Source of the DNA: a virus
Lineage: Duplodnaviria; Caudoviricetes
Length of the DNA stretch: 37,579 nt
Reading direction: 5' to 3' (one strand)
IMG/VR virus record: IMGVR_UViG_3300047505_000026
Span: 1-37,579 of that record
A program made the translations under genes and the position numbers. Below the pieces are notes generated by a model. The model was not told where the DNA came from, did not search any database, and saw only the letters and a program-made list of their open reading frames with translations. Positions 15,801 through 25,205 of this stretch are shown one piece after another (within the stretch, counting starts at the first letter, position 1; each line of letters opens with the position of its first letter).

Positions 15801-17988
15801 CAGGCTTGCCCTCAATTCTTTGCGCCTGTTTTGTTATCTGTTCTGGATTAAAAACAACAATCTCGTCCGGATTTCCTTTTTCTTTGACAATAACACCATC
15901 GTAACCTTTGTCTTTTAAATAATCAGTAATTGCTTGGGCAGCTTCTATTGCTTCTGTTTTTAGTTTGGCTATTTTCCCACCTTCCAAATCCGTTTGGTGG
16001 ACAGTAACAGCTTCTCCGTAATCATTTTTTAACGGATAATCAATATCCTTCTGTATTTCGTCATACCATTCTTCTACTGAACGATATTTGCTCATATCAA
16101 GAATAAAAGGATTATCCAGTTTGACTTTAAGAGGTATTACCGATTCGCCATATTTTGCAGCTTCTGTTTGGTCTGACGAAAGATAAACTCCTGAACCATA
16201 AAATTGGCCGTTTGTTATCTTGGGATTGAATCCTTTCGCCTCTATAGATTTTGCGGCTTCCTGTGATGTTCCGTGATATGCTATTATTTCAGCCGCCTTG
16301 CCGCCTTCTGGGGGCGATATAGGTTTAGTGGGTGGTTCTATACCCTCCATTTTTCCTTTGATTGTAGGGGCTGCCAGAGGCTTTCCTGCCTCTGCCAACT
16401 TTTCAGGAGTAACGGCGGCGGCCTGCCCGGAAGGAGGAGGAGGTACTTGACGAACAGGCTCAACCTGCCCGATTTCAGGCTGTTTAACCTCAGTGGGTGT
16501 CTGGCCGCCCTCTTTGCCCGCTTCGATTGTAGGGGCCGTGGGAGGCTTTCCTGACGGTTCCGGCGTTTTCTGGTTTTTACTGAGAAAATCCAGTGCTTCT
16601 GAATAGTTATTAAAGTCGTGTATTTCATAGCCCTTGCCCGCTTTATTGTCGGCAATCGGCAGTTTCACTCTGAACCCTGTCTCGGTCTTTTCTATCAAGC
16701 TGAGGTCTTTTACGCCGGTTAAAGAATTGATTATTGCGGATTTAGACAATCCCTTCTTGATGGGTACACCAAATTTGTCTGCAATTGCATGTAGTTCACT
16801 GATATTTTTATCCCCAAGATTCGACAGGACATTGATTTCGACATCCAGAGATTCAAGAGATTTGCCTATCTCCGTCCGCCTGGCAGGGTCTTTTGTGGTC
16901 TGTGCTTCCTGTAATAAAGATTCAACTTTCTTGTAGTTTTCGGCAAGTGGAGAACCTTTTGTTTTTACCTCTTTCGGCGTATTTACCGTTTTTGCGAACT
17001 GAACCATCGAGTTTTCAAGCGCCTGCCGGTCTGCACTTTTCAGTTTCGGATTGAACTCAATAGCCTTTTCCACCGCCCGCTTATGAAGACCGCGCTGCGC
17101 AAGGCCAACTGCCTCAAATCCCAAAACCGTTATACCTGATTCTAATATCTGGTCTGGCGTTCCCCCTTCAAGAGCCGTCAATCCCATGAAACCACCTGTC
17201 GCTATTGGAACTCTTGCAATGGGATTCGGTATATACTTCCCCAGAGCGCCTACTCCGATACCTGTAACGGCTGATTTTGCCATATTCTTTACTCGATTTG
17301 ACATCGCCTGCTCAAAGGGTATTTGTTCTTCCTCAACAGTCGGAAGCTGTAGAGCCGTCTGTGCGGCAAACTTTGCGGCTGTTGTGCCAATACCTCCACC
17401 ACCGGGCAACGCGGCAAACTCTGCGACTGTCTTTACAATATCACCTACGAGTCCGGGATATTTCTTCCAGTCCGTTATTTTGGTTTTTGATTGAACATTA
17501 CTTATCGCCTGATAGACAGCATCAACGGCTTCACCATATTCTTTCCCACTTTTACCTGTGAGATGTCTTGTCAGAAATTGTCCTGCGCCGAAGGGGTCAA
17601 CTTTAACGCGAGACATAAAGTTCGCAAATTCAGGTCCTGTCATTTTATTTATCGTATCTTCAGCCTGTTTGACATACTCAGGATTTATCTGCTTGGGTTG
17701 CTTAACAGGAAGTTTTTTTGCAAGCGGGTCTGTCGGGTCAATAATATTGAATTGTGTCGACTGTAATTCGTTTGTTTTCCTGTTCAGCACATCCGTTATA
17801 ACCTGCCTCTGCTGAAGGTTCGTCTGAGCAGTAACGCCCATAGCCGATAGTTCGTTACGGCTCAATGGCCTATCAGTGGGCAGTGCCGGCTTGGGAGTTT
17901 CTTCCTGTGGCACAGGTAAATCGGAGAACCTATTTGATGTCGTTTGTGTTTGTACGGGTTCTTCTAATAAATCAGAAAATCTATTCAT
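12802..17988 (-). CDS. Large polyvalent protein (1728 aa), probably injected, with ADP-ribosyltransferase-like and LPD38-like domains
   Basis: AYHGTS...FYGSGVYLS...A..YG...GYDGVI...EIVVFNPEQI at ~15835-16290; DEEYKEIPQWQKDLFW...RIPKPF..G at the C-terminus; last gene of the morphogenesis operon. Confidence 0.85.
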   Translation of the reverse strand: MNRFSDLLEEPVQTQTTSNRFSDLPVPQEETPKPALPTDRPLSRNELSAMGVTAQTNLQQRQVITDVLNRKTNELQSTQFNIIDPTDPLAKKLPVKQPKQINPEYVKQAEDTINKMTGPEFANFMSRVKVDPFGAGQFLTRHLTGKSGKEYGEAVDAVYQAISNVQSKTKITDWKKYPGLVGDIVKTVAEFAALPGGGGIGTTAAKFAAQTALQLPTVEEEQIPFEQAMSNRVKNMAKSAVTGIGVGALGKYIPNPIARVPIATGGFMGLTALEGGTPDQILESGITVLGFEAVGLAQRGLHKRAVEKAIEFNPKLKSADRQALENSMVQFAKTVNTPKEVKTKGSPLAENYKKVESLLQEAQTTKDPARRTEIGKSLESLDVEINVLSNLGDKNISELHAIADKFGVPIKKGLSKSAIINSLTGVKDLSLIEKTETGFRVKLPIADNKAGKGYEIHDFNNYSEALDFLSKNQKTPEPSGKPPTAPTIEAGKEGGQTPTEVKQPEIGQVEPVRQVPPPPSGQAAAVTPEKLAEAGKPLAAPTIKGKMEGIEPPTKPISPPEGGKAAEIIAYHGTSQEAAKSIEAKGFNPKITNGQFYGSGVYLSSDQTEAAKYGESVIPLKVKLDNPFILDMSKYRSVEEWYDEIQKDIDYPLKNDYGEAVTVHQTDLEGGKIAKLKTEAIEAAQAITDYLKDKGYDGVIVKEKGNPDEIVVFNPEQITKQAQRIEGKPAQAEKQPAEPVKPKIGTIAAKEAETQIPGNEIVKSNAKRAAGGFLTMFWDIPGPKQLRQGAESLYQDFVNRFSSIESTVKKAQKLGMKVKPGENAALRARGYLGMARKVESVLNDKTYLIRPDGKIITTGEGLKPILDSYDSSIKSFEKNRKIREQDFDDYLVAKRTIEDLQREPYEGAERNIVSPEEVSVAQKKLDVLNKKYGQDALAQIESHAQRLYQYQKRILHSLVDAGNISQALYDKIVKENQHYIPFDRVLDEEVFSGGVPVSKKRFTEARAPIRKIKGSKGLKAQPVMETVIKNTYKILEATERNQIAKSIAKLGEVLPNEISPVRIKMYPIKVDPKEILTVVKEFRSKTSKIMEDIKKTRTEGGENADISGPQQKLEKVVKDSLVHRGFSEGEAESFISQIKKQKPGEKPSAGTNTVETIRQVIKETQRIITSKEPVESTIFRASQFKPKGDVIEYFDNGHRKYIEVPENLYKSMTGLNEEGAGIMAKILSKPAHWLRVGATITPEFIVRNPLRDTWTAGMQTSFGFVPFVDQIGAIADILGKSKEYQDWNRSGGAYSGFVELSRPALNKAYKELTATTSTKLLKKLNILTDLQDISQLMEQATRLSVYKRAIGKGLSPVEAGFESREATVDFARRGAKMSNISSVVAFLNANIQGFDKTIRNSIKHPYSTAIKGALTITLPSLLLYLRNRDDEEYKEIPQWQKDLFWIVRLGDTHYRIPKPFIYGQVFGTLPERFFAYLDTKDTKAFDGLATSIIDAASPVGLNPVESMIPTAIKPMIENWANKSFFTERELVPDYKLEYPKSEQYGRYETKTAKKLGEWFNYSPAKIENLIQGYFGGTGKYALEGVDTLVSAIKKENSTGRPKELSDYPLVKGFVTRPAIGPTSESIADFYKNCDTILGSSAAYNALIKTGNVVKSERLLKNKPKLVLSTTLRKYQTALSDLSKSNDMIAQSNMTTNEKRERIKTNDRLRVELARQANELIEQFKSSSD

Positions 17989-19310
17989 TTTTTAGCTCGT
18001 TTAATAACTTCGTTTATATTGCCGCCCTTGGCAAGATATTGTAAAACAGTCTGTTTTTCTTCTTCGCTCATACTATCCCAGTAAGGTTCAAGCCCCTTTG
18101 GTATCTGAGAAGTTGTTTGCTGTCCGGCGTTGCCTTGTGGCTCAGTTGCACCCTGTGATGTTGGTATCTCTCCACCAGCAAATGCACCAATTATTCTTCC
18201 ATCCGGCCCCACCTCTCCGACATGATAGACCCTTTTCTGTTGATTGCCGCTAACATCGTATTTTTCAAACATCGGGTCTTTCACCCTGACTTTATTAGCA
18301 ATCGTGATTTGTGCCTCGTGCTGCATATCAGGCGTTAATTTTGGTATGGATTGTACCCAGGGACCGCCGCCAACTTCGTTTTGATATCTTTGCAGAAAAT
18401 CAGATTTGGCGTCATCCTGTGATATACCGAGCTTGGCGGCATAGATGACATATTGTGTCATAGCATCAGTTATCAACTGTTTATCGGGTTTCCGTTTATT
18501 TGGTTTTAATTCTATATTACTTTTATTTGAGGCTGAAAGATTCTGCATAACAGAAATCCACGTTGAGTCTAACTGTGTCAATTCGGATTTTTGACTTGTG
18601 GGTATCTTTCCGCTCATCATATCCACAATCATATTCGCCTTTTCGATTAAATGCGGCTCATCCAAAACTGGCTGGCCGCTTGCCTTGTACATCGGGTCAA
18701 GCTGAGCTTTGTACATAGAATCGAAAAGTTTCTGCTTGCGCTCGTTATCAATCTCCTTTTGTTTTTGCGTTACCGTATCTGCTTCGAGGGCGGCGAATTT
18801 GCCGGTCTTAGGGTCGAATGTGCCTCTTAATCCGGTTGTCGGGTCGGTAACGATAGATGACTCGAATCTCTGTTGCGGGGTAGGTTCCTGCATCTGCGGC
18901 GAGATATGAGGGATAGCGCTTATTCTGGCATCAATTTTATCGTAAAGAGCCTGCCTCTCCGATTCTTCGAGTTCGGGGTCATTAGCAATCTGGCTTCTTT
19001 TGGCCTCATACTGTTCGATAAGCTGCTGATCCTGCGGAGAATAGAGCTGCTTATAGTTTTCCGGTACAGGCTCATTCTTAGCGACAATTTGCCTAATCCC
19101 ACGTAATGCTTTGATACGGCCTTTTTCGTATTCACTATATTGATTAGTCCATTCATAAGGCAGAGTCTTGCTTACGAAGTCGCCCCCTTCCGTGAATGTC
19201 ATCTTCGTACCGTCCGGCAGTGTATATGTCTTATTGCCCTGCCAGTCTGTTTCGGGCTTACCGAACTGTTCGAGTTTCGTTATTGTCTGTGTGTCTGATA
19301 TTGCAGGCAT
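17985..19310 (-). CDS. Putative internal virion / ejection protein (441 aa)
   Basis: Gln/Lys-rich helical protein coupled by ATGA overlap to the polyvalent gene; call is from position. Confidence 0.55.
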   Translation of the reverse strand: MPAISDTQTITKLEQFGKPETDWQGNKTYTLPDGTKMTFTEGGDFVSKTLPYEWTNQYSEYEKGRIKALRGIRQIVAKNEPVPENYKQLYSPQDQQLIEQYEAKRSQIANDPELEESERQALYDKIDARISAIPHISPQMQEPTPQQRFESSIVTDPTTGLRGTFDPKTGKFAALEADTVTQKQKEIDNERKQKLFDSMYKAQLDPMYKASGQPVLDEPHLIEKANMIVDMMSGKIPTSQKSELTQLDSTWISVMQNLSASNKSNIELKPNKRKPDKQLITDAMTQYVIYAAKLGISQDDAKSDFLQRYQNEVGGGPWVQSIPKLTPDMQHEAQITIANKVRVKDPMFEKYDVSGNQQKRVYHVGEVGPDGRIIGAFAGGEIPTSQGATEPQGNAGQQTTSQIPKGLEPYWDSMSEEEKQTVLQYLAKGGNINEVIKRAKK

Positions 19311-19319
19311 ATTATTCTC

Positions 19320-22300
19320 CTATGCTAATTCTACAGTTTTAACCGTTCCGGCGTCATTAAAACACAAATATATTTTATTGTCATCCGAATCTTTCCATAT
19401 CAAAAGTTCACCGGCATTACATTCTGTTAGGCCCGTTCCGGCTGCTGGTTTATCGGCCTGGGTTAAGAGTCTCGGATAAAAACCGGCGATACCGGCAAAA
19501 CTATGATGACCATTGGAATCTATTTTGCTGTAATGAACTGCGCCGCCCTGGTATGAATCGCCCTGCACTTCCAAATCGTCCCCGATAAGAACGCTGCTCG
19601 GATTATCTGAGGCATGAGCAGGTTCAATAACGGTTTCGCTGAATATATGTATGTAGTCCGTCTGGAGGGTTGGTGTCGCAGAGCTGCTCGAACTCGAATG
19701 AGACGAACTGCTGTGAGAGCTTGAGCTATGACTACTCGAACTATGTGAGCTACTGCTTTGTGAGGAGCTATGGCTCGAACTGCTATGCGAAGAGCTGCTG
19801 TGGCTGGAAGAACTGTGTGATGATGATGAATGACTGCTCGACCTCGACGAACTACTGTGACTGCTCGAAGAATGACTGGACGAGCTATGCGAAGATGATG
19901 AATGAGAACTCGACGGCAAAGAACTGTGGCTGCTGCTACTATGAGAACTTGAACTGTGAGAGCTTGACGAATGGCTGCTCGATACTTGAGAGCTGCTGCT
20001 ACTTGACCGGCTCGATGATGAATGGCTGGAGCTGCTATGGCTCGAACTCAAGGAACTGCTTGAATGACTCGAACTCGAATGTGAACTTGAACTGTGCGAA
20101 CTACTGCTGTGGGAGCTTGACCTCGAACTGCTCGACGAGCTTCTACTGCTTGATGAATGTGAGCTTGAACTATGGCTCGATGAAGAATGTGACGAGCTCC
20201 GCGAGCTGCTCGAACTACTATGACTTGAGCTGCTGTGACTGCTCGATGAATGCGAAGAAGATGAGTGACTCGAACTCGAATGCGAACTACTACTATGGCT
20301 CGAAGAACGTGAGCTGCTGCTTGAACTATGAGAGCTGGATGAATGGCTCGAACTGCTGTGTGAGGAACTACTGTGACTACTGCTCGAATGGCTCGATGAC
20401 GAATGTGATGACGATACCGAACTACTTGATGAGCTGTGAGAAGAAGCCTGAGACGAACTTGACGATGAATGGCTCGAACTGCTGTGCGAAGATGACTTCG
20501 ACGAACTACTGGAACTATGAGAGCTTGAGCTATGTGATGAGCTTGAATGGCTGCTACTACGAGAACTACTTGAAGAGCTATGGGACGAAGAACTATGGCT
20601 ACTGCTGTGAGAGGAGCTACTATGACTGCTCGAACGGGAGCTGCTCGATGACGAATGACTACTACTGCTATGAGACGAACTCGAATGCGAAGATGAACTA
20701 TGTGAGCTGCTTCGAGAACTGGAACTATGAGAGCTGCTGCTATGGCTGCTACTGCTGTGCGAACTCGAACTATGGCTTGACGAGCTATGACTCGAACTTA
20801 GGGAGCTGCTCGATGAAGAATGTGACGAGCTTGAATGCGAACTCGATGAATGGCTGCTCGAACTGTGCGAAGAACTTGAATGACTGCTGCTCGAATGAGA
20901 ACTTGACCGGCTCGAACTGCTATGGCTGGACGAGCTATGAGAACTACTTCGAGAACTGCTTGATGAACTATGTGACGAACTCGAATGACTGCTGCTCGAA
21001 TGCGAACTACTGCTATGCGAGCTTGAACGAGAAGAACTGCTACTGCTGTGGCTACTGCTACTATGACTGCTTGAACTGTGAGAACTGCTACTGTGTGATG
21101 AACTTCTCGAACTGCTCGATGAACTATGCGATGAGCTGCTATGCGAAGAACTCGAATGGCTCGATGAACTGTGACTACTCGACACCGAAGAACTGCTGCT
21201 GCTATGGCTGGAACTTGAGTGACTGCTGCTGCTATGTGAAGAACTGCTATGGCTACTCGACACCGAAGAGCTTGATGATGAATGACTACTACTTGAGTGA
21301 CTGCTCGATTGTGAGGATGAACTATGCGAACTGGAACTATGGCTCGAACTACGAGAACTGCTTGATGAAGAATGCGAAGATGAACTATGGCTACTGCTAC
21401 TGTGACTGCTCGATGAATGGCTGCTCGATGAATGACTGCTCGACTGAGATGACGAACTGTGTGATGAACTGCTGTGGCTTGAAGATACCCCTGAAATTGT
21501 TGCCAGAACTCCCAAAGTCCTCAAAACTAAAGACCCTGAGCCGCCCAACGCTTTCTTGATGCATATTAAATCGGTATTGACAACGTCAACGGTATGAACA
21601 ATGTCATAAAAATTGCCTGTACTACTGGCGGGAACAGTAAAAGTCAATGCCGTATCGCCGATATCATCCCTTCTGAATGTGAACGTTGTGTCGGCGGCGG
21701 CATTGGCGGATATATAGCAGTACATCTTTGAAATTGTATATGTACCGCTCGCATCGACCTGCTGATTTGCTTCAGTATCTGATGCTGAACCATCGCTGCC
21801 TGCAATCGTATGATATTGCGTGACGCCGCCGCCGGCGGACATACTACCGCTGGCAAATAATGGAAACGATGAGTTGGTTGTGGTAAATGATACTGCCGTG
21901 TAATAAATCGTCAGGACGTTCGCCGCGCCATCATGTCCGAGAGCCATAGATATATTGACAGTCTGGTCGTAACTGGTAATAACATCGGTATTTGTCGTAT
22001 CTTCAAAATAGCCGGTAAGGCCGCCGGCAACGACAATAACCTGATTACCATTTCCCCCTGCCACCTGGAACCTGAATGTCGTATCGGATGTCCTGGCATT
22101 GCCGTTGACTTTTACCTGAAGCCTGCTATATGTGCCAACTGTATAGGCGATAGACCTGTTATTGGCGGCAGTCGTTGACATTGCCGAAGCATTGCCGATT
22201 AGGTGCTGGTAATAAGTAGTATCATCCGCGGAATAGTTTGCCGTGCCTGTAAAATGTGATTTCAATCTCGATGTAGTGTTTGATGCCGCAGTAAATAATA

Positions 22301-22667
22301 TTGTAGGATTATTGACGGTAACTGCATTACCGGCGGCAGCTAAGAGGTTAATTAAGTCGCCAACCTCTACCTCGTCCGTATGTGTCGTGTCCTCAAACCA
22401 TCCCGTAGTATTAGCAAGTATTGTACAATCCAGATTGCCATTGCCGGCGTCAATCCTGAATCTTAGATTTGTATTTGAACCATAGCTATTGACGCTGACG
22501 TAAACAGTAAGATTGCTGAATGTCCCAGCTACGCTTACCTTCGATTGGACATTGGCCTCGCTTGCCACATTCACGCCGCCCAACGCAGAATTACCAACGT
22601 GATAGCAGCGATTTGTTGTGCTAGCTATTGCATTAGAGCCGGAAGATACAAGTAATGCGGCAGCCAT
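19320..22667 (-). CDS. Giant Ser/His-repeat fibre or adhesin-like virion protein (1115 aa)
   Basis: Three repeated ~130-aa beta-rich domains, a 602-codon (SSSSH)n stalk, and a C-terminal tail-fibre-like module (P...GELLIWKDS...KIYLC). Confidence 0.8.
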   Translation of the reverse strand: MAAALLVSSGSNAIASTTNRCYHVGNSALGGVNVASEANVQSKVSVAGTFSNLTVYVSVNSYGSNTNLRFRIDAGNGNLDCTILANTTGWFEDTTHTDEVEVGDLINLLAAAGNAVTVNNPTILFTAASNTTSRLKSHFTGTANYSADDTTYYQHLIGNASAMSTTAANNRSIAYTVGTYSRLQVKVNGNARTSDTTFRFQVAGGNGNQVIVVAGGLTGYFEDTTNTDVITSYDQTVNISMALGHDGAANVLTIYYTAVSFTTTNSSFPLFASGSMSAGGGVTQYHTIAGSDGSASDTEANQQVDASGTYTISKMYCYISANAAADTTFTFRRDDIGDTALTFTVPASSTGNFYDIVHTVDVVNTDLICIKKALGGSGSLVLRTLGVLATISGVSSSHSSSSHSSSSQSSSHSSSSHSSSSHSSSSHSSSSHSSSSSSRSSSHSSSSHSSSSQSSSHSSSSHSSSSSSVSSSHSSSSHSSSSHSSSSHSSSSSSVSSSHSSSSHSSSSHSSSSHSSSSSSRSSSHSSSSHSSSSHSSSSHSSSSSSRSSSHSSSSHSSSSHSSSSHSSSSSSRSSSHSSSSHSSSSRSSSHSSSSHSSSSHSSSSHSSSSHSSSSHSSSSSSLSSSHSSSSHSSSSHSSSSHSSSSHSSSSRSSSHSSSSHSSSSHSSSSHSSSSSSRSSSHSSSSHSSSHSSSSHSSSSSSRSSSHSSSSHSSSSHSSSSSSKSSSHSSSSHSSSSSSQASSHSSSSSSVSSSHSSSSHSSSSHSSSSHSSSSHSSSSHSSSSSSRSSSHSSSSHSSSSHSSSSHSSSSHSSSSHSSSSSSRSSSHSSSSHSSSSHSSSSRSSSSSSRSSSHSSSSHSSSSHSSSSHSSSSLSSSHSSSSHSSSSRSSSSSSQVSSSHSSSSHSSSSHSSSSHSSLPSSSHSSSSHSSSSHSSSSHSSSSRSSSHSSSSHSSSSHSSSSHSSSSHSSSQSSSSHSSSSHSSSSHSSSSHSSSSSSATPTLQTDYIHIFSETVIEPAHASDNPSSVLIGDDLEVQGDSYQGGAVHYSKIDSNGHHSFAGIAGFYPRLLTQADKPAAGTGLTECNAGELLIWKDSDDNKIYLCFNDAGTVKTVELA
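19680..21485 (-). repeat. (Ser4-His)n coding tract, 602 codons
   Basis: Direct translation; frequent 26-aa super-unit; mixed synonymous codons. Confidence 0.97.
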
Positions 22668-22668
22668 T

Positions 22669-23079
22669 TTAAACCTTTATATTTACCTTATTGTCAGATT
22701 TTACAATATCCCTCACCGATGATTTTTCAGCAGGCGTAAATCCAGCCAGCTCAACTTGGAGAATCCTTGCATCATCATAATTAAACCTGATGTCCCTGCC
22801 CGCTTTGAGCTGCTTTACCACGTTGCCCTCTGAATCAGCAACCTCGTTTGCAACAGAATATATATTCTGAATAATCTGACCGTACAAAATATTTTTCCTG
22901 CGATTTTCCGATACGACTGTCTGATAATGTTCAGACTTAACAAGAATATCCTTATGATGTCTGCAAGCCTTGATTATTTCCTTGACAGTGAACACTTTAT
23001 CTGGTAGGGAATCATCATATTGATAATCAATCACACAATCACACGTATCAGGACTCCATCTTGTTGTTTGCATTGCCAT
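22669..23079 (-). CDS. Hypothetical protein (136 aa), possible fibre chaperone
   Basis: SD gagg; WSPDTCDC...CRHH; directly precedes the giant repeat gene. Confidence 0.6.
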   Translation of the reverse strand: MAMQTTRWSPDTCDCVIDYQYDDSLPDKVFTVKEIIKACRHHKDILVKSEHYQTVVSENRRKNILYGQIIQNIYSVANEVADSEGNVVKQLKAGRDIRFNYDDARILQVELAGFTPAEKSSVRDIVKSDNKVNIKV

Positions 23080-23791
23080 ATATAACCTCTTTCAATTTTA
23101 ATTCTGTTGCCAATTCATAATGATTTCGCAAAAGGCTTTCGAGCCTGTCACTTATTCCTTTTTCACCGAGTCCGCACCTGTCCAATGCCTGCGTTTCCCA
23201 GGCTATCCGGTTGTATGGATGGAAGTGGGCTACCTTAATCGGCTTTTCACTTTCACGCCATCTCTGCCTGTAATTCGAGCAGCCGACATTATAGGTATAG
23301 TTCAACTTCGTCACCCTCACGGAGTTCTTTTTCAAAACCCTGTTTAGCACGTTTTCCTCGTAAGTGGCTTTTTCCCGTTCGAGCATCGATATAACCGTAT
23401 CAACTAAATCAATCGCCGATTTCCGCCAGAAGATAGAACCGCCGTTAAACTTGTGATTATCGTAAGTAGCAGCGCCGACATCCTTAATATCAGGCAAATC
23501 GAACCAGACGTTCTGCCATGCGTCCAGGTCGTGCGCCCATACTGCATCGCAGAACTGAAGGGCGTACCGGACAGCATACATCTTGCTTCCTGTAAGGCAA
23601 ATCGGATTGAACTCTATCTGGTGCGCCTTGACGCCCCAACGATTAAAATTAAAGTTTGTAACGAGCATTATATTTTCAGGAAGCCAGCCGACATCTAATG
23701 AATTTAATATCTGTGCCTTTACAAGAGTTACGATACTATCCATCTTGTAACGGGATTTTTTGCTAACGTTTGCCGCTATCAAATTTATCAT
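23048..23791 (-). CDS. GT-A fold nucleotide-diphospho-sugar transferase (GT8/GT77-like)
   Basis: DxD (AHDLDAW), FNGGSIFW, EENVLN, LNYTYN, VAHFH. Confidence 0.7.
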   Translation of the reverse strand: MINLIAANVSKKSRYKMDSIVTLVKAQILNSLDVGWLPENIMLVTNFNFNRWGVKAHQIEFNPICLTGSKMYAVRYALQFCDAVWAHDLDAWQNVWFDLPDIKDVGAATYDNHKFNGGSIFWRKSAIDLVDTVISMLEREKATYEENVLNRVLKKNSVRVTKLNYTYNVGCSNYRQRWRESEKPIKVAHFHPYNRIAWETQALDRCGLGEKGISDRLESLLRNHYELATELKLKEVIYGNANNKMES

Positions 23792-24447
23792 TTCTTCACC
23801 AGTAAATATTCAATTCTGTTTATCTCTATGAGACCTGTCGCGGGAACATAGTTGCTCGACCATTTGTTGCGTTCTTTCGAGCGGACGAACATATTGTGCG
23901 TATCTGTAAAGTTATGGAACCATTCATTCCACTGTTCTTTCGGTCCACCTATTCCAAAATGGTACTCGAAGTTGAACTGGACGCATCCCCGGATAATATC
24001 CACAGCGGCCTTGTCATTCAGAAGGAAGCGTTCTCCGCCTTCGGTATCGACCTTGATAACGTACCTGCCTTTTACGCTGAATCTTTTGACTATGTCGGAA
24101 AAGGTCATACTCTCGACCGTGTAATGGTTTTTAGGCCACCACTGTTTTTCAGATTCAGCATAGAACCTGTGAGAGCCAGACCGCCTGTAATGAAAGCACA
24201 TCGGCTTTCCATCACCTAAAGCTATGTTGTGGCAATGTATATTCCACGTTCCAGCAGCAATTTGTAGAATCTCATAATCGGCTATACTTGGTTCAAGAGA
24301 TATAACTATTGCGCCCGGGACAAGAACCTTGAACATAACAGCCGAAGTGCCGATGCAGCCGCCTATGTCCAGATAATAATCTATATCGCCGGGCTTGAAC
24401 CTGCGAAAATTGTACTCGTCATATCTCCATATATTTTCGTATATCAT
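23788..24447 (-). CDS. FkbM-family SAM methyltransferase
   Basis: YLDIGGCIG, SLEP, NIALG, IKVDTEGGE, EYH; likely start MIYEN at 24447 (ATGA overlap). Confidence 0.85.
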   Translation of the reverse strand: MIYENIWRYDEYNFRRFKPGDIDYYLDIGGCIGTSAVMFKVLVPGAIVISLEPSIADYEILQIAAGTWNIHCHNIALGDGKPMCFHYRRSGSHRFYAESEKQWWPKNHYTVESMTFSDIVKRFSVKGRYVIKVDTEGGERFLLNDKAAVDIIRGCVQFNFEYHFGIGGPKEQWNEWFHNFTDTHNMFVRSKERNKWSSNYVPATGLIEINRIEYLLVKK

Positions 24448-25205
24448 ATAAAAACTTTTTCTTTGAAATTCCTTGTCAATACCGCCTTGCCCCACTGCCT
24501 ATTTAAATTGGCTTTGTATCTGCCGGACAAGAGATTCCTGTAAGACAGTTCCCTGTTCGCTCGTCTCGTCTCGTCCCAGTTATCTAATAAGTTGACGTTC
24601 TTCTTTGCGGGCGGGGTCTGGATTCTGTAGAAATAAGAGCTTCCCCATTTTACAATATTAAAACCAAGCTCCAGCGCTCTTTGCACTATGTCCTGGTCAT
24701 CATGCCCGTACCCGACAAAGTCCTCATCATAGCCGCCCAAATCGTTTATAAACTCATTCCTGTAAAAGCCAACCCTGCCGTGCATTATCGTTACCTGCTT
24801 CGTCTTGGCAAAGACGGTCTTTTCAGGATGAACTATCGCCTGCTCATTGAGCCACGCGGCAAAACACATAGAACAAGGCGCTCCGTCAAACGTGAAGTTA
24901 TCAGCGTCAACATTATTAACTATCTCGCCGGTTGCAAGTTTGAAAGCCACGTTGCGGGAATGGGACATGCTGTAATACTTCGGCTCATCCGTCCTGTAAT
25001 AAACCAGTTTGCCGCTTTTGATATGATGGAGCATCTTTCGGTTAATCCATTCGGCAAGCCCATCACTGGAATTGTAGTCGAGGAGAACGAACTCACAATT
25101 CGGATAGGACGCATTGGCCTGGATATTCGCCGGAAGCGTAATCATCAAATCGTCCAGCCTGTTCATACAGGTTATGCAGAAACTTATCTTTAGCGGTGAA
25201 TCCAT
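24444..25205 (-). CDS. GT2-family glycosyltransferase with GT7-like C-terminal motif
   Basis: ISFCITCMNR, LLDYNSSDG, SRNVAF, NVDAD, LGGYDEDFVGYGHDDQD. Confidence 0.9.
   Translation of the reverse strand: MDSPLKISFCITCMNRLDDLMITLPANIQANASYPNCEFVLLDYNSSDGLAEWINRKMLHHIKSGKLVYYRTDEPKYYSMSHSRNVAFKLATGEIVNNVDADNFTFDGAPCSMCFAAWLNEQAIVHPEKTVFAKTKQVTIMHGRVGFYRNEFINDLGGYDEDFVGYGHDDQDIVQRALELGFNIVKWGSSYFYRIQTPPAKKNVNLLDNWDETRRANRELSYRNLLSGRYKANLNRQWGKAVLTRNFKEKVFI

Noticed and set aside
19680-21485. Repeat tracts as a CRISPR array or assembly artefact
   Set aside because: No constant repeat with unique spacers; codons vary while the reading frame is kept and is fused in frame to globular domains.
19670-21559. 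629-aa Cys/Asn-rich + strand ORF (also 29481-29804, 30165-30653, 33680-34042)
   Set aside because: Antisense shadows of the Ser/His tracts. In this frame a stop would essentially need a TCT-AGY codon pair (CTAG), which the genome avoids, so the frame stays open passively.
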